Shown piece after piece: positions 1 through 11,750 of a stretch of DNA of 64,000 nt. The notes under the pieces were generated by a model. It saw only the letters and a program-made list of their open reading frames with translations. It made no database searches and had not been told where the DNA came from. Origin of the DNA: Antedon mediterranea (lineage: Eukaryota; Animalia; Echinodermata); assembly GCF_964355755.1 (NCBI RefSeq), contig NC_092670.1, positions 4,950,201 through 5,014,200 of the forward strand, in the 5' to 3' direction. Position 1 is the stretch's first letter, and each line of letters starts with the position of its first letter. Position numbers and translations under genes: made by a program.

Positions 1-1639
1 TTTCTTTTCTCTGAATTGCAGAGAACTTGAAGATGTTCCCGTCAAATTACTGTCAACCTCTCACTACTGTAGTTATAATAATGACCTGTCGTCAAAAAGA
101 TGCCCATAAACATCTGAATAACTGATTTATCATTACTAAACGTCATGTGCACATCTACAGATATCCATCTGCTTACCAAGATTGGTAGAAATTCTGTAGA
201 AGGATATTAATGACATTCATAGGGCGGATCACACAATCAGTATTTAATATTATGTATTATGAATCTGACGTGTGACACCAAGGATAACCCACTAAGTTCT
301 TCGGTAATTGTTTACGATGGGGTTCTTCTGGTGTTTAATTGGGTAGTACACCAGGAGGCTGAGAGTGTACGGCTCGTTGGAGCACACGAAGAGGAACCGA
401 TGAGATTCGAACCCTGGACCACCAAAGGAAACTATAATATTTCACGGATAAACGTACAACATAGTAGCTACATACCAAATGGAAACATTTAAAAATAAAA
501 TTCGTATTAAGATTAAAAATCAATCGATGGAGAAATCGATGGAGAAGAAGAAAAAAGAACAAAAATATACGAGCAAATTAAGAAGGAAGATTAAAAGGGG
601 TAATGAGTAGAGTCAAGCGATCAAACAAAGACTAGAAGAAGGAAAAGGTGAATAAGTAGAATAAAATAATAATAACAGACATGAGATACTTTAGTAGACA
701 AAATGATGAGAAGCAAAATGTGAAAAAACAAACAGAAAATATAGACTTAATAGAAGCGGAAAAAAATTATGTAGAAGAAACAATAAGACGAACATCAGAA
801 ATATAGTAACACTAAAACTAAATAGCAAGGAATACACTAACATGATATTAACATGCATAATGTAAGTAGTTAATGTGTGACATAAACAAAACGGCTGAAT
901 AAAATATATATCTTAAAATAATCACTCTCGAAGTGAAATTTTCTTTTTGACTGATGTTATTTGGAAAACTTTTAAAGAGTCTAATCAAGGCATTCTATCC
1001 CGGAATTATCATTTAAAAAAACGTTTTTATATGTAATTCGCAATTTATTTATTGCATTATCGATAAGGCATACAATCTTCCCAAGGCAGTGATTCATTTT
1101 TATTATTTTTGCTAATAAAGTCGAATTTTGATTAGATTGGTTTTGGTGTGGATTAATCTATTACACGTGTTATTTTTTTAATCGAATACAATATATTTAA
1201 TATAAACTAAGATCGTCGGCTTTGTACATTTCACAACTAATTTCATATGGTAATGGCATGTAGATGAGCCCCATTAGTTATCGTGTCTTAGAAGTGATCT
1301 GGGGATTGCATTTAATTTGAAAACCATAAGTCAACAAAGATTGTGATGAATATTGCTATCAGCAAGTATATGAAACGATGCCAACGATTTGTTACTGGAT
1401 ATGTGTCTGCTAAGAAGTTTTTTTGATACGCAGCATCTGATTGGTCACTATCAGCAATAGTTATCATCCAATGGGGATTTGTTTCTAGCGTTGGTGTTGA
1501 TGGTAGTGGATAACTCCCACGGGTTTTTCGTCTCAAAGTAATTAGTCTTCACATACAGTCGTCTCAGAAGGATTACAATGACGTGTCCCGATGATAATTA
1601 ACGCAAGGGTCAGAGAATACTCAGGGGATTGGCTGAATT

Positions 1640-1750
1640 CGCTTAAATACAGCACCAGTTGATGTGTTAGGCAATCAATAGAGTTCTAGTCAACAAGCGA
1701 AACAGACGAAAAGTCAGCCCAAGGAAATAACAAGTAAATCAACAAAAAAG
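1640..1750 (+). promoter_or_regulatory. Putative promoter and non-coding first exon of the neuropeptide precursor gene
   Basis: TATA-like CTTAAATA at ~1642-1649, a CRE half-site TGACG at ~1579, and a strong donor AAG|GTAAGT at 1750/1751 upstream of the coding acceptor at 2518/2519. The transcription start is not directly visible. Confidence 0.5.
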
Positions 1751-2526
1751 GTAAGTGGCATAACTGTTTGTTTAAAGTGGCATCTTTCAAACGTAGATTA
1801 ACACCCTAGCATTTCTTGAATTACAGAAAAACTATTAGCATACGGTAAAAATTAAAAAATAAGCCTACAGTATAAAATTCAGGGCTTTTTCAAAACAAAG
1901 TCTAGTTATAGTATAGTGCTTTATGTTAACTCATAATAATAAACCGCTTTCTTGTGTTGCTTTCATTTTTAAAAGGATCCTCATCCGATTAACTATAAGC
2001 TTACGGAGCAACAGAAATATCTTAGATATCTAAAATATTAATTACTTCATAAAAGCGCGGTTGTAAAAAGAATTTTTATTGACTATTCTAGTGACTTCTT
2101 AAAACTAATTGAATTCGGTCTTAATTTATAGGCCTTCATTTGATCATTTATAGTATCCTTCTTAATAACTTTGCTTCAAGTAATTTATTAATGCAATATT
2201 AATTTAGAAACGTGAGATAAGTAGTATAGAATAGGAAAAAATAAATGCTCTGAATTGCATACAGGCGATATTACAACAAGTAGGTTTCAGTCACTAACCT
2301 CGTGTTACTCTTCTTTTTTTTACAAAAACCTGAACGTGTAATAAAATCATGAGATTTAAATCTTTTGCAGTTTAACTAATATTTAACGATGTCTGATAAT
2401 AATAAATAATAATAACCAATCAATTGGCAAGAAAACTCAGACGTGTATAGTGCTTTTTATTGAATGAATGATACAAATTTATTTAATAATTCCAGCAATA
2501 TTCTGGGTTTCATTACAGAAAAGAAA

Positions 2527-2701
2527 ATGAAGAACATTGTTGCGTCATGCGTAGCTGTCGTGCTAGTACTAGCTGTAGTAATGCCTGTACCATCAAAAGC
2601 ACAAACCACAGAAGATGTGACAGTAGATGAAATCTTCGCACGTATAGAAGACGATCTTTCAACGCTCTACTGCATCTATTACGGAGGATGCGGAAACGAC
2701 G
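2527..2701 (+). CDS. Neuropeptide-like precursor, coding exon 1 (signal peptide, acidic spacer, C-x5-C motif)
   Basis: Acceptor TTTCATTACAG ends at 2518; ATG at 2527. Translation MKNIVASCVAVVLVLAVVMPVPSKA (hydrophobic signal) QTTEDVTVDEIFARIEDDLSTLYCIYYGGCGND. Phase-1 donor G|GTAAAC at 2701/2702. Confidence 0.8.
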
Positions 2702-4051
2702 GTAAACATTTTTTTTTTTATAAACATAATTTTTCTTTCTTAATATTTACACACACGCATCGTATAATAGCACAATTGTGAGAAGGGTTTGAACGCGTTC
2801 CACGCGCGCGTCTGTCTCGTGATACCAACGAGGCAGGAACTAGATCAACACAAACAGGAAACAAAATAGATAGTATAGGTTTATAGGCCTAACCAATATT
2901 ACATTAGCAATTATTATTATTACCGATAGGTCATTAATAGTACGCAGTGACCGCTATTATCCCTTTTTTAGCATAAACTTAGTACATGAGATCAGCAAGG
3001 CATGTTCCCGATAATTAGCTTTCGAAATGCATGACATGTATTTCTGTAGAAATTCACATTATTAGCTTAGTTTTATTGGCCTATTATCGACATAATTACG
3101 GATATTTTAGACTATGATCTTTATCCTCATTTGCTTTACGTCAATATTGACATTCGTTAAATGTTTACAAAAATATAAATAGGCCAAGTAGTTTGGAAAA
3201 AACAATATAGTGTATTCACTGAATGCTGTTGTGTTGAGTTGAGAGGTATGGGTTGGGGCGGTATATGAATTTTAAAGTCACTCCTCAATTTACCACAGAA
3301 CTTTCAAAAGATTGGAATACAGATATACTGTACAATTGTGGTAATGTACCTATTGTTACTCAATTCTTCCCTATGCTCATCTGCATTGCTGATAATATAA
3401 AAATATCTGTTCTAACTAATAGCCATATTATTAGTAGCCATCTACTATCAATAGCTAATAGCAAACTACCTACCAATGCGTCATTTACAAAATACATAAA
3501 TAACAATAATGTATAGTACATTATTACAAAAAAAAAGATTATATAAATTGGCTAAGTCGATACTAGGCAGAATATCATTTATTAATATATTAAAAAAAAA
3601 AAAATCAACTTACCTTAACCTTCCATTAGATTTAGTTAAGTTTCTTCTAGTTTAAATTGAATTGAATTTCGTCAGTCCATGGTAATGTTATACCATGGAG
3701 AAATAAACAAATTCTACATGGTTATACGCACAAGTAATGATTATCTTGTATTTACCAACCTTCAAAATAATTGCACATTCGGTGTATTTTCTGAAATTAA
3801 ATTAAGGACCAAAGTCGAATTATAAACTAATTAGTACGGTTCAGATATGAATACTATTGTTGGATTACTTTAATACGATTATCTATCTATTTAGTCTTCT
3901 CCACGTCTTTTGAATAATTACAGGTCACGAAAATAAATTATTCGACTCATTCATTATTGAAACATTAATTTTGATAAAATGTTTCATCAAATCAAGGACA
4001 GTAAATAACTAAAGTTCACAATGCAAACGATAGAATATTTTGTTTATAATA

Positions 4052-4689
4052 TAATTACTATACATTAAATATCATGATGCCCTAAAGAAATTTAAAACAA
4101 AACTGTATACTGTTCTTTATTTGCCGTGAAACGATGTTTTAAAATGTTCTCTAAGACTTTGGATAAAACCAAATTTGAACAGATTTTGCATCCATATTTT
4201 TGCATCCATATTTTTGAATACCATATTATGGTATTCATTAATATAGGCCTACTGTAGGTGTGCTTTGAGACATTACAAAATGACGTAACAATATTATATT
4301 TTAAAAGCACGGTGTATCTCACATGGCCAATGATTTCACCCCTCATTTTTTTAAATCAGTTACATTTAAACGTGTTTTTTCTGTAAACGTAAACGGTTCA
4401 ATGAAATTAAATGAATAAGAGGAGGGTATTATGAATACATCTAACCATGACTCTTTCTGGAAGTTTCGAGTTAATTTACATTATCGCAATAAAAAGGAAA
4501 TTACAGGATAAATACGAATATTGATTACCGTTATTAACGAAAAACCCCGATGCAAAATCTGTTCAAATTTGGTTTTATCCAAAGTCTTAGAGAACATTTT
4601 AAAACATCGTTTCACGGCAAATAAAGAACAGTATACAGTTTTGTTTTAAATTTCTTTAGGGCATCATGATATTTAATGTATAGTAATTA
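4052..4689. repeat. Perfect 141-bp inverted repeat with 356-bp spacer, intronic
   Basis: 4052-4192 (TAATTACTATACATT...TTTTGCATC) is the reverse complement of 4549-4689 (GATGCAAAA...TGTATAGTAATTA); no mismatch found by eye. Confidence 0.9.
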
Positions 4690-5372
4690 GTCGGTAATGC
4701 ACTCAATTCAGAATACATGTATTAATTAAATGGTAGTGATTTATTAAGGTCTTGGCACGGTAATATTAAGGTAGTAGGAATTGTATTCATGCTTTGATAA
4801 TTATCTAGCAATCTACCGTTATAGGATTATGCCTATTTTTTTAATTAAAAATTAATCTCTTTAGCATTTTGTTTTTCTTTTTTTGTTGTGATAGATTTAC
4901 AATCATGGTCTAACTATATAGAATTGCATTTGTTTTAGTCAAGCATATTTCGTTTAACAATGTAGGCCTATATTATCTCTTCTTATACTTTTTGTTTATA
5001 CAAATATTATCATTTCTTTACACCATTTTGTATACTGTTTTAATTTGAAGAAAATAAATGTTACTTTGAATTGAATTGAATTAAATTTAACCAAATTTGT
5101 GTTTATTACTCTATCAATTTTTTTTTTATAAAATGCAAATTTGTCTGGCTGTTTTACTTCATCATTTTGCAATTATCCATTCATTTATTACCTCAATTAG
5201 TACTTTAATACTCACAGCATTGACATTTTTCTACATTTGGATTTATACACAACTCTACAACACACAACAGACACAGAAACTTTAAATTATGAACGGTTCT
5301 GTGTATATGTATGGACCTATATATTAGATAATTACAGGTCCATGTTATTTGTAGTCGCTTACTTTCTTAACG

Positions 5373-5426
5373 TTTTTTAGTCGCGTGGAAGCGACTCTAT
5401 AGTTCACTATGTCGGTCGGTTGGTCG

Positions 5427-5457
<31 letters not shown>

Positions 5458-6186
5458 GGTCTGTCTGTCGGTCTATCTGTCTGTCGGTCTGTCGGTCCGG
5501 TATCACTATGCGTTTTATCGCTTTCTGACCTTATCTTGATATCAGTTTAATCTAGCTAGGTCAATTTTTCACAGTATATTCCTTATGGCCAGGAATCAAT
5601 GTGGTTATGTTTTCACGGTGCGCAATAAAAAATTACGCGGTCTACGCACGATTTAACGAAATCACGTTTGTAATCATATCTTCACAACCATGAATCACAA
5701 TTAAATCAAATTTGGTACTCATAAATTTCAGGGCATAAATCATATGGCAATACAATTACGTGCGTAGCGCATGTAACGCATGCGTACGCGCGCTTAAAAT
5801 TTTCAAAATTTATTTTCGATGAAATAAGAGTACGTTTCAGGCAATTTAAAGCGTTTACAAAATTGCCATGAGTGCGCATATTTTTGCGCGCGCACTGCGC
5901 GTTAAATGTTTTTGCGCACTCTTTTTGCCCGATTTCTGTTTTCTTGACTTACTTTTCAACTCGAAATTACGTTATACGAGCACGTCAAAAGTGACAGGCT
6001 ACGCACGTGTAAATTAAAAAAATATAAATGTTTTTAAACATTTCAACATTTTTAAACATGTTCAGTAATTTCGGTCAGTATAGTTCACTATGTCGGTCGG
6101 TCGTTCTGTCTGTCTGTCGGTCTGTCTGTCGGTCCGGTATCACTATGCATTGTAGCACGCGACTTAATGGCTGTTGGCCTTGTTTT
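5373..6186 (+). mobile_element. Helentron-associated non-autonomous element (HINE/DINE-1-like), full length
   Basis: T-run ends; subterminal IR AGTCGCGTG (5379-5387) / CACGCGACT (6156-6164); partial 5' fold-back GCGACT; GTCT/GTCG microsatellite blocks; 3' hairpin GGCTGTTGGCC; no TSD. A second copy lies at ~23413-23870. Confidence 0.75.
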
Positions 6187-6729
6187 ATATAATGTACCGT
6201 AGCTACTGTATTACCATTATCATTTATCAAATGCTTTTTGTGATAATAATTAAGAAAAACTATCAACTATCTTATCCTTCATCATTGTTTTTTATCATCA
6301 ATCTATAAAAAACTTTTCACATCTTGCCTTTTTTCTCCTTCCCCCCCCCCCTCAAATCATCTAGTTATAATACATATTATTATGTCTATTATTACTTACT
6401 ATGTTCAATTCAGTGTTCCCTTTTATAAACGGCTGTGCTAACAACAACAAAAATATTTCTGCAGCAATTAAATAATTAGATTAATGTACCTAGATTTAGG
6501 CCTATATCGTATTTAAACGAACCATCTCTAGATAAAGACTGTTTTCCGCCTTTCTATACTACTAGTAGGAAGGAGTACCGCTAATACATAATCTTCTATA
6601 GGATGTTCTTTTTGTTCTATACTTAAACCTTTATTATCCAATCCTAAATAAATGATCTGTTTTAAGAAATGTTAGATATTTTTCTGAATGAAAAATGAAT
6701 TTAGATAATGTTTTTGATTGTTCTTACAG

Positions 6730-6842
6730 ATTCAATGGCAAAGAGAGCACGTATGGGAATTGCATCACTTGATAACCTTCGTAGCAGACAGAGTTTCAAA
6801 GGATTGAAAAATAAAATTCTAGGAAGCGCTGGCAAACACTGA
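6730..6842 (+). CDS. Neuropeptide-like precursor, coding exon 2 (KR cleavage site, mature peptide, G-K amidation signal)
   Basis: Acceptor TTGTTCTTACAG ends at 6729 and its phase 1 matches the upstream donor. Reads (D)SMAKR-ARMGIASLDNLRSRQSFKGLKNKILGSA-GKH-stop (TGA 6840-6842). Donor CG|GTAAGT at 6863/6864. Confidence 0.8.
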
Positions 6843-7675
6843 AAAATAACTCAATACACTTCGGTAAGTACCGAATTGAGGCCGTACATTTAAAGAAAGT
6901 AAATGCCTTAAACAATGTTTATCTGTCATTTTAAATATGAACGTAATGGCCACTTCATGATCACACCATTATCAAATAAAGTTAGGTAAAATGATGGGTA
7001 AATAGGGTCTTGTAATTTTGTTCTGGTATACAAACATAGTTTTGTTGACGGAACTTACGGATTGACAAGAGTCAGCTGCCAAAGATGATTCCCATTACGT
7101 TCTGTGTTTAAGATAGAGCGGATTACAAAAACTAGAATGAATGCATTAGGCCTAGATATTAGTGTTTCAAGTCTTAAGAAATCTGACATAAACAAACATT
7201 AACGTTTAATCAAGTCAAACTTGGGGCATCTGTAAACGGAAATTCCCTGATTCCTAAAAGATTCTTCCAAAATAACAAGTTACTATACCGTATAAGACGT
7301 CTTAATACACATTACATTTACACCACACACCATAATTAGTACCTTGTTTTTAAACGGAAAGCAAAATTGCTCCGTCAACTGATTTTATAACAAAATATAT
7401 CAATCAAATCTGATATCCTCTGAAAACAGTAGACTAAAATGTTTAAAATAATAGGCCTAACATAACCATGGTATTTATGAAAACTAGGTCTCCCGTATGA
7501 CATCATCATCATCATCATACAACTTGCATCATCATCATACAACTTTCTATAATATACCGTGCATTTGTGTTTTATTTGCCATTGCTATTTACAAAAGGAT
7601 AAATGAAGAAACCAGACGAAGATCCTTTATCTAATTATCATTTCTTGTAAAGTGTTAATTTTCTTTCCTATGTAG

Positions 7676-7990
7676 ATGAAAAACTATGGCGACCACGATC
7701 ACATTAGGAAAGAAGAAATGACAATTAAGATACAAATTAGTCATTAATTAGTCATCCATCATTAATATGCCAAACAAAAAGAGAACATAGGGATTATGAG
7801 TCACGATATTAATAACAACCATGACAATATTATTGCAAATTAATTAGGTATTTATTTAGTTTCTGAAGAAATACAAAGTAAACAGACATAAAGGTAAGAC
7901 CGACTGTAAAGACACCACTACGCGCAGTATTTTTGACGGAATTCCAGAACCGTTTGTAGCCTACCAATAAAATAAACAAAATGAATTATC
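7676..7990 (+). other. Putative 3' UTR exon of the precursor gene with poly(A) signals
   Basis: Acceptor TTTTCTTTCCTATGTAG ends at 7675; overlapping AATAAA at 7966-7976 followed by a GT/T-rich stretch. Confidence 0.5.
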
Positions 7991-10769
7991 ATTATAATGT
8001 TGTTCTTTTTTAGGTTTTTACAAGCATCTATATGTCATCATTAACATTATGGATCATCCGACTGTCTAATTACACACAAGCTTCAATCTGGCCGTTTTAC
8101 TTATCTTTGCCTTTATAAATGTGTATCTCTATTCGGGTTGTCAAAACTAACAAATCAACGCAAAATTGAACACTTATTCGCCAAACAGAACAATACGAGC
8201 ATAAAGAAGAGTTAAAATATAATACCGATGACGTCATAAAAACCTCCATTTTTGTTATGGACCAAAGAAAAATAATTATAGATGTGCAGACGATACAGAT
8301 TTTGCCACCCGTAATGTTGTATTTTGCATCGCTTGTAGCCTATCTCTAATTTCTCCCGCTGAATTTGTTGCAAACCCTTTAAGTTGTCTTAATTAAACGC
8401 TACTTAAATGTAAACATATCCCTTGCTTTATCGAAGTAGATTTTAGTAGTAGAAACCATATTATCCCATGATAGCGAAAAAAGAGTTAATTATTGTAGAA
8501 TGTAATACACATTGTATGCACAGTAAGAACAATCCTTCAGATAGATAAAAAGAACCATGATTCTAGAAAGGTAGATCAGATTTATAACTATTGTGTTTAT
8601 CATAAGTGTCCTTGTTATACTAAGACCTAATTCACTGTTTGTATCATGTTAAAATTTGTATATGAATTTATGGCCAGGCATTCAGATATAGTAAACGTGT
8701 GTATCCAAAAGATCGCATGCCGGCTTATTTATTATACGTTCTTTGTGCCTTCGGATGCAGCCCATAAAGATTTTATTTAGTAGTCCAATTAAATTGCATA
8801 ATGTAAAAGTAATTGTAATAAACACATGAAAATAACATTTTCTTTGTATCATGTTACTGTTTTTAGTAGTTATTGTTATCAATGTTTACGGGGGAGGATT
8901 GAGAATACAATTTAATAGTGTCGTAAGATACAGATTAAAAATATAGGCTTATAATTATAAACAATCGAAAGGAAATCTTTGCTTCTTTTAGTATCATTTC
9001 ACGACAGTAGGTTTGTGACGACCGAGGACTGACGACCAACCGAAGTCGACGTATTGCTGTAAACTCTTCACCAGAATGGGACAATGACTACGTTCTCTGG
9101 GTATAAATAAAGATTTTATCCATGAACTTGGTCGTGTGTGTCACTGTATAACTATAGCATACGTGACGTAATGTTACTTCTGTTTATTCAAATTGTTCAA
9201 ACATAACACAGACAAATGTAAGTGAAAAAGTGAAAGATTCGTTTCAGCAATAACGTTTAAAAATGTAAAATAAATATGCAGAGTAAGCAAATAATTTGTA
9301 ACAATTTGAGCCAAAACAAAATGATTTGAAATGATTTAAAGATCACTAAATTTTAAACATTGTGCGTAGATGGCGTTGATCGGTTTGTGGGCTTTTATTC
9401 TAGACGAAGATGAATGATAGTTAGAATGTATTAGCTTAATTGGCAATATTGATATTATCCCACACTGTAGTGTTGAACTGGAAATGGGAACTATTCTCTT
9501 TAGATTTGTATGTTGGATGCATATGTACATGAGGCACACGGCTATTTGCCATTATTATATAATGACACATGACTTGATTAAAATAAAGCTTCCTTATCAT
9601 TAACCTGTACGTTAAAATTCGTTAGCAGAACCTAACATTAACGTAGACTTGAATGGAGCGCGTGCCCCACACGTACTCCCTTCTGTCAACCCGGACCTAT
9701 ATTATGGAACTTTATCCTAAATACCATAATATAATAAATTGTTTTAAAACGTAATTTTCCATTCCATTCTTTTTTGGCAATTTTTGCGTTCTATACATAA
9801 TGGCGGCCGAAATAAACACGATTCTTGTTTTGGCATGCTATTGGGTGTTCTATTCCCGGCGGCATAAATAAACGACAGACAGTAGTACAAGGCACCCGTG
9901 ACTGGCTTAGTACCGTACCTAAGCCCATGTTTTATAACCCTAATAAACGAAGGCATATCAAAATGTTCGGCAGTTGAGCTCACCTCATAAACGTACTGGC
10001 GCTAGTTTCCGTTTCGCACCTGTTTTTATTTTCGACTTTCATTCGACTCCAAACTTGTTAAGTAAGTTATCGTGAATACCACACCTTAGAATTGGGCCTC
10101 ATAAGTACTTTATAAAGAAGAATCACATACAAATCACAAATAAATCCTTTATATTGATGATTTTACAGACGTGTTTCTCGCATACTGTTCGCGAATTTTG
10201 CATACTCGAATCAATATTTTCTCTTCTATGGAGTGCCAAAAGAGCAATAATAGTAAATGGTTAAAAACTGAGTGGAATGCGTCTAATTTTAATGCGTCTA
10301 TTATTGAAATATAAATCTAACACAGCATTTAACACAACATATTATTTTTCCAGGATTACCCAGATAAAAGAAAAACTTGTTTTACAATAATAAGAGTTGG
10401 AGAATTTAGGTTGTAGTTGAAAGTAGTATTCGTACTTGCATTTAGATACAATGACATAAGTATTGTTATTATACTTTATAAACAAATAGTAAGAAGGAAA
10501 ATAACTGACGTTACAATAACCCTGCAACAACCCATGGTTAAATACAGTATTATCGGTACCTAGAACAAGGAACAGACCACAGCAGTCTTTCTTGTATATA
10601 ATTTCACTATTGTAAACTAAATCATGTTTATAGTTTAGAAGCAATTAATAGAAAAGGTCAATAGTATTTGAATAGATGTGTATTTGAATATATCATGCAA
10701 CCACTTTATAATAAATAAAGCAATTTCCTTTTCTGCTGAAAACCAAACCAAACCTATACTTTCAATTAC

Positions 10770-11750
10770 TATACAAACAATTTTCTTATTCTGAATACCG
10801 TAATTCAATAATTTAACATTTTTATTTAAACCACCTTCTTATCCTGAATACTTATACAAACAGCCTTCTTAATCTGAATACGTATACAAACAATTTTATT
10901 TTTCTGAATACTTATACAAACCACCTTCTTATTCTAAATACTAAGGCTTATAAGCAACTTTCTTATTCTGAATACTTATACAAACCTCCTTCTTATTCTG
11001 AATGCTTATACAAACAATTTCTTGTTATGAATACGTATCCAAACCATCTTCTTATTCTGAATACGTATACAAACCACCTTCTTATTCTGAATATTTATAA
11101 CTTTCTTATTCTGAATATGTATACAAACCACCTTCCTAGTCTAAATACTTGCAAACCATCTTCTTATTCTGAATACTTATACAAACCACCTACTTATTCT
11201 GAATACTTTAGGCCTTTCAAAACCATCTTCTTATTCTGAATACGTACAAACAACCTTCTTATTCTGAATACGTATACAAACCACCTTCTTATTCCGAATA
11301 CGTATACAAACTACCTTCTTCTTCTGAATATTTATACAAACCACCTTTTTATTCTGAATACGTATACAAACCACCTTCTTATTCTGAATACGTATACAAA
11401 CCACCTTCTTATTCTGAATACTTATACAAACCACCTTCTTCTTCTGAATACTTATACAAACCACCTTCTTCTTCTGAATACTTATACAAACCACCTTCTT
11501 CTTCTGAATACTTATATAAACCACCTTCTTTTTCTGAATACTTATACAAACCACCTTCTTCTTCTGAATACTTATACAAACCACCTTTTTATTCTGAATA
11601 CGTATACAAACCACCTTTTTATTCTGAATACGTATACAAACCACCTTCTTATTCTGAATACGTATACAAACCACCTTCTTATTCTGAATACTTATACAAA
11701 CCACCTTCTTCTTCTGAGTACTTATACAAACCACCTTCTTATTCTGAATA
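10770..11750. repeat. 30-bp minisatellite (CCACCTTCTTATTCTGAATACGTATACAAA), about 30 units
   Basis: Unit visible in exact 30-nt register from ~11220 to 11750, more degenerate to the left. Confidence 0.95.

Noticed and set aside
2702-2781. C-terminal part of the 105-aa ORF (GKHFFFY...)
   Set aside because: T-rich intron sequence after the donor at 2702; the spliced continuation is far more coherent.
8613-9208. Possible solo LTR (TGTTAT...ATAACA with TATAAATAAA)
   Set aside because: No TSD and no second copy in the window.
11231-11734. 167-aa repetitive ORF (KKVVCISIQN)n
   Set aside because: Reading frame through a 30-bp minisatellite; no true ATG or splice context.
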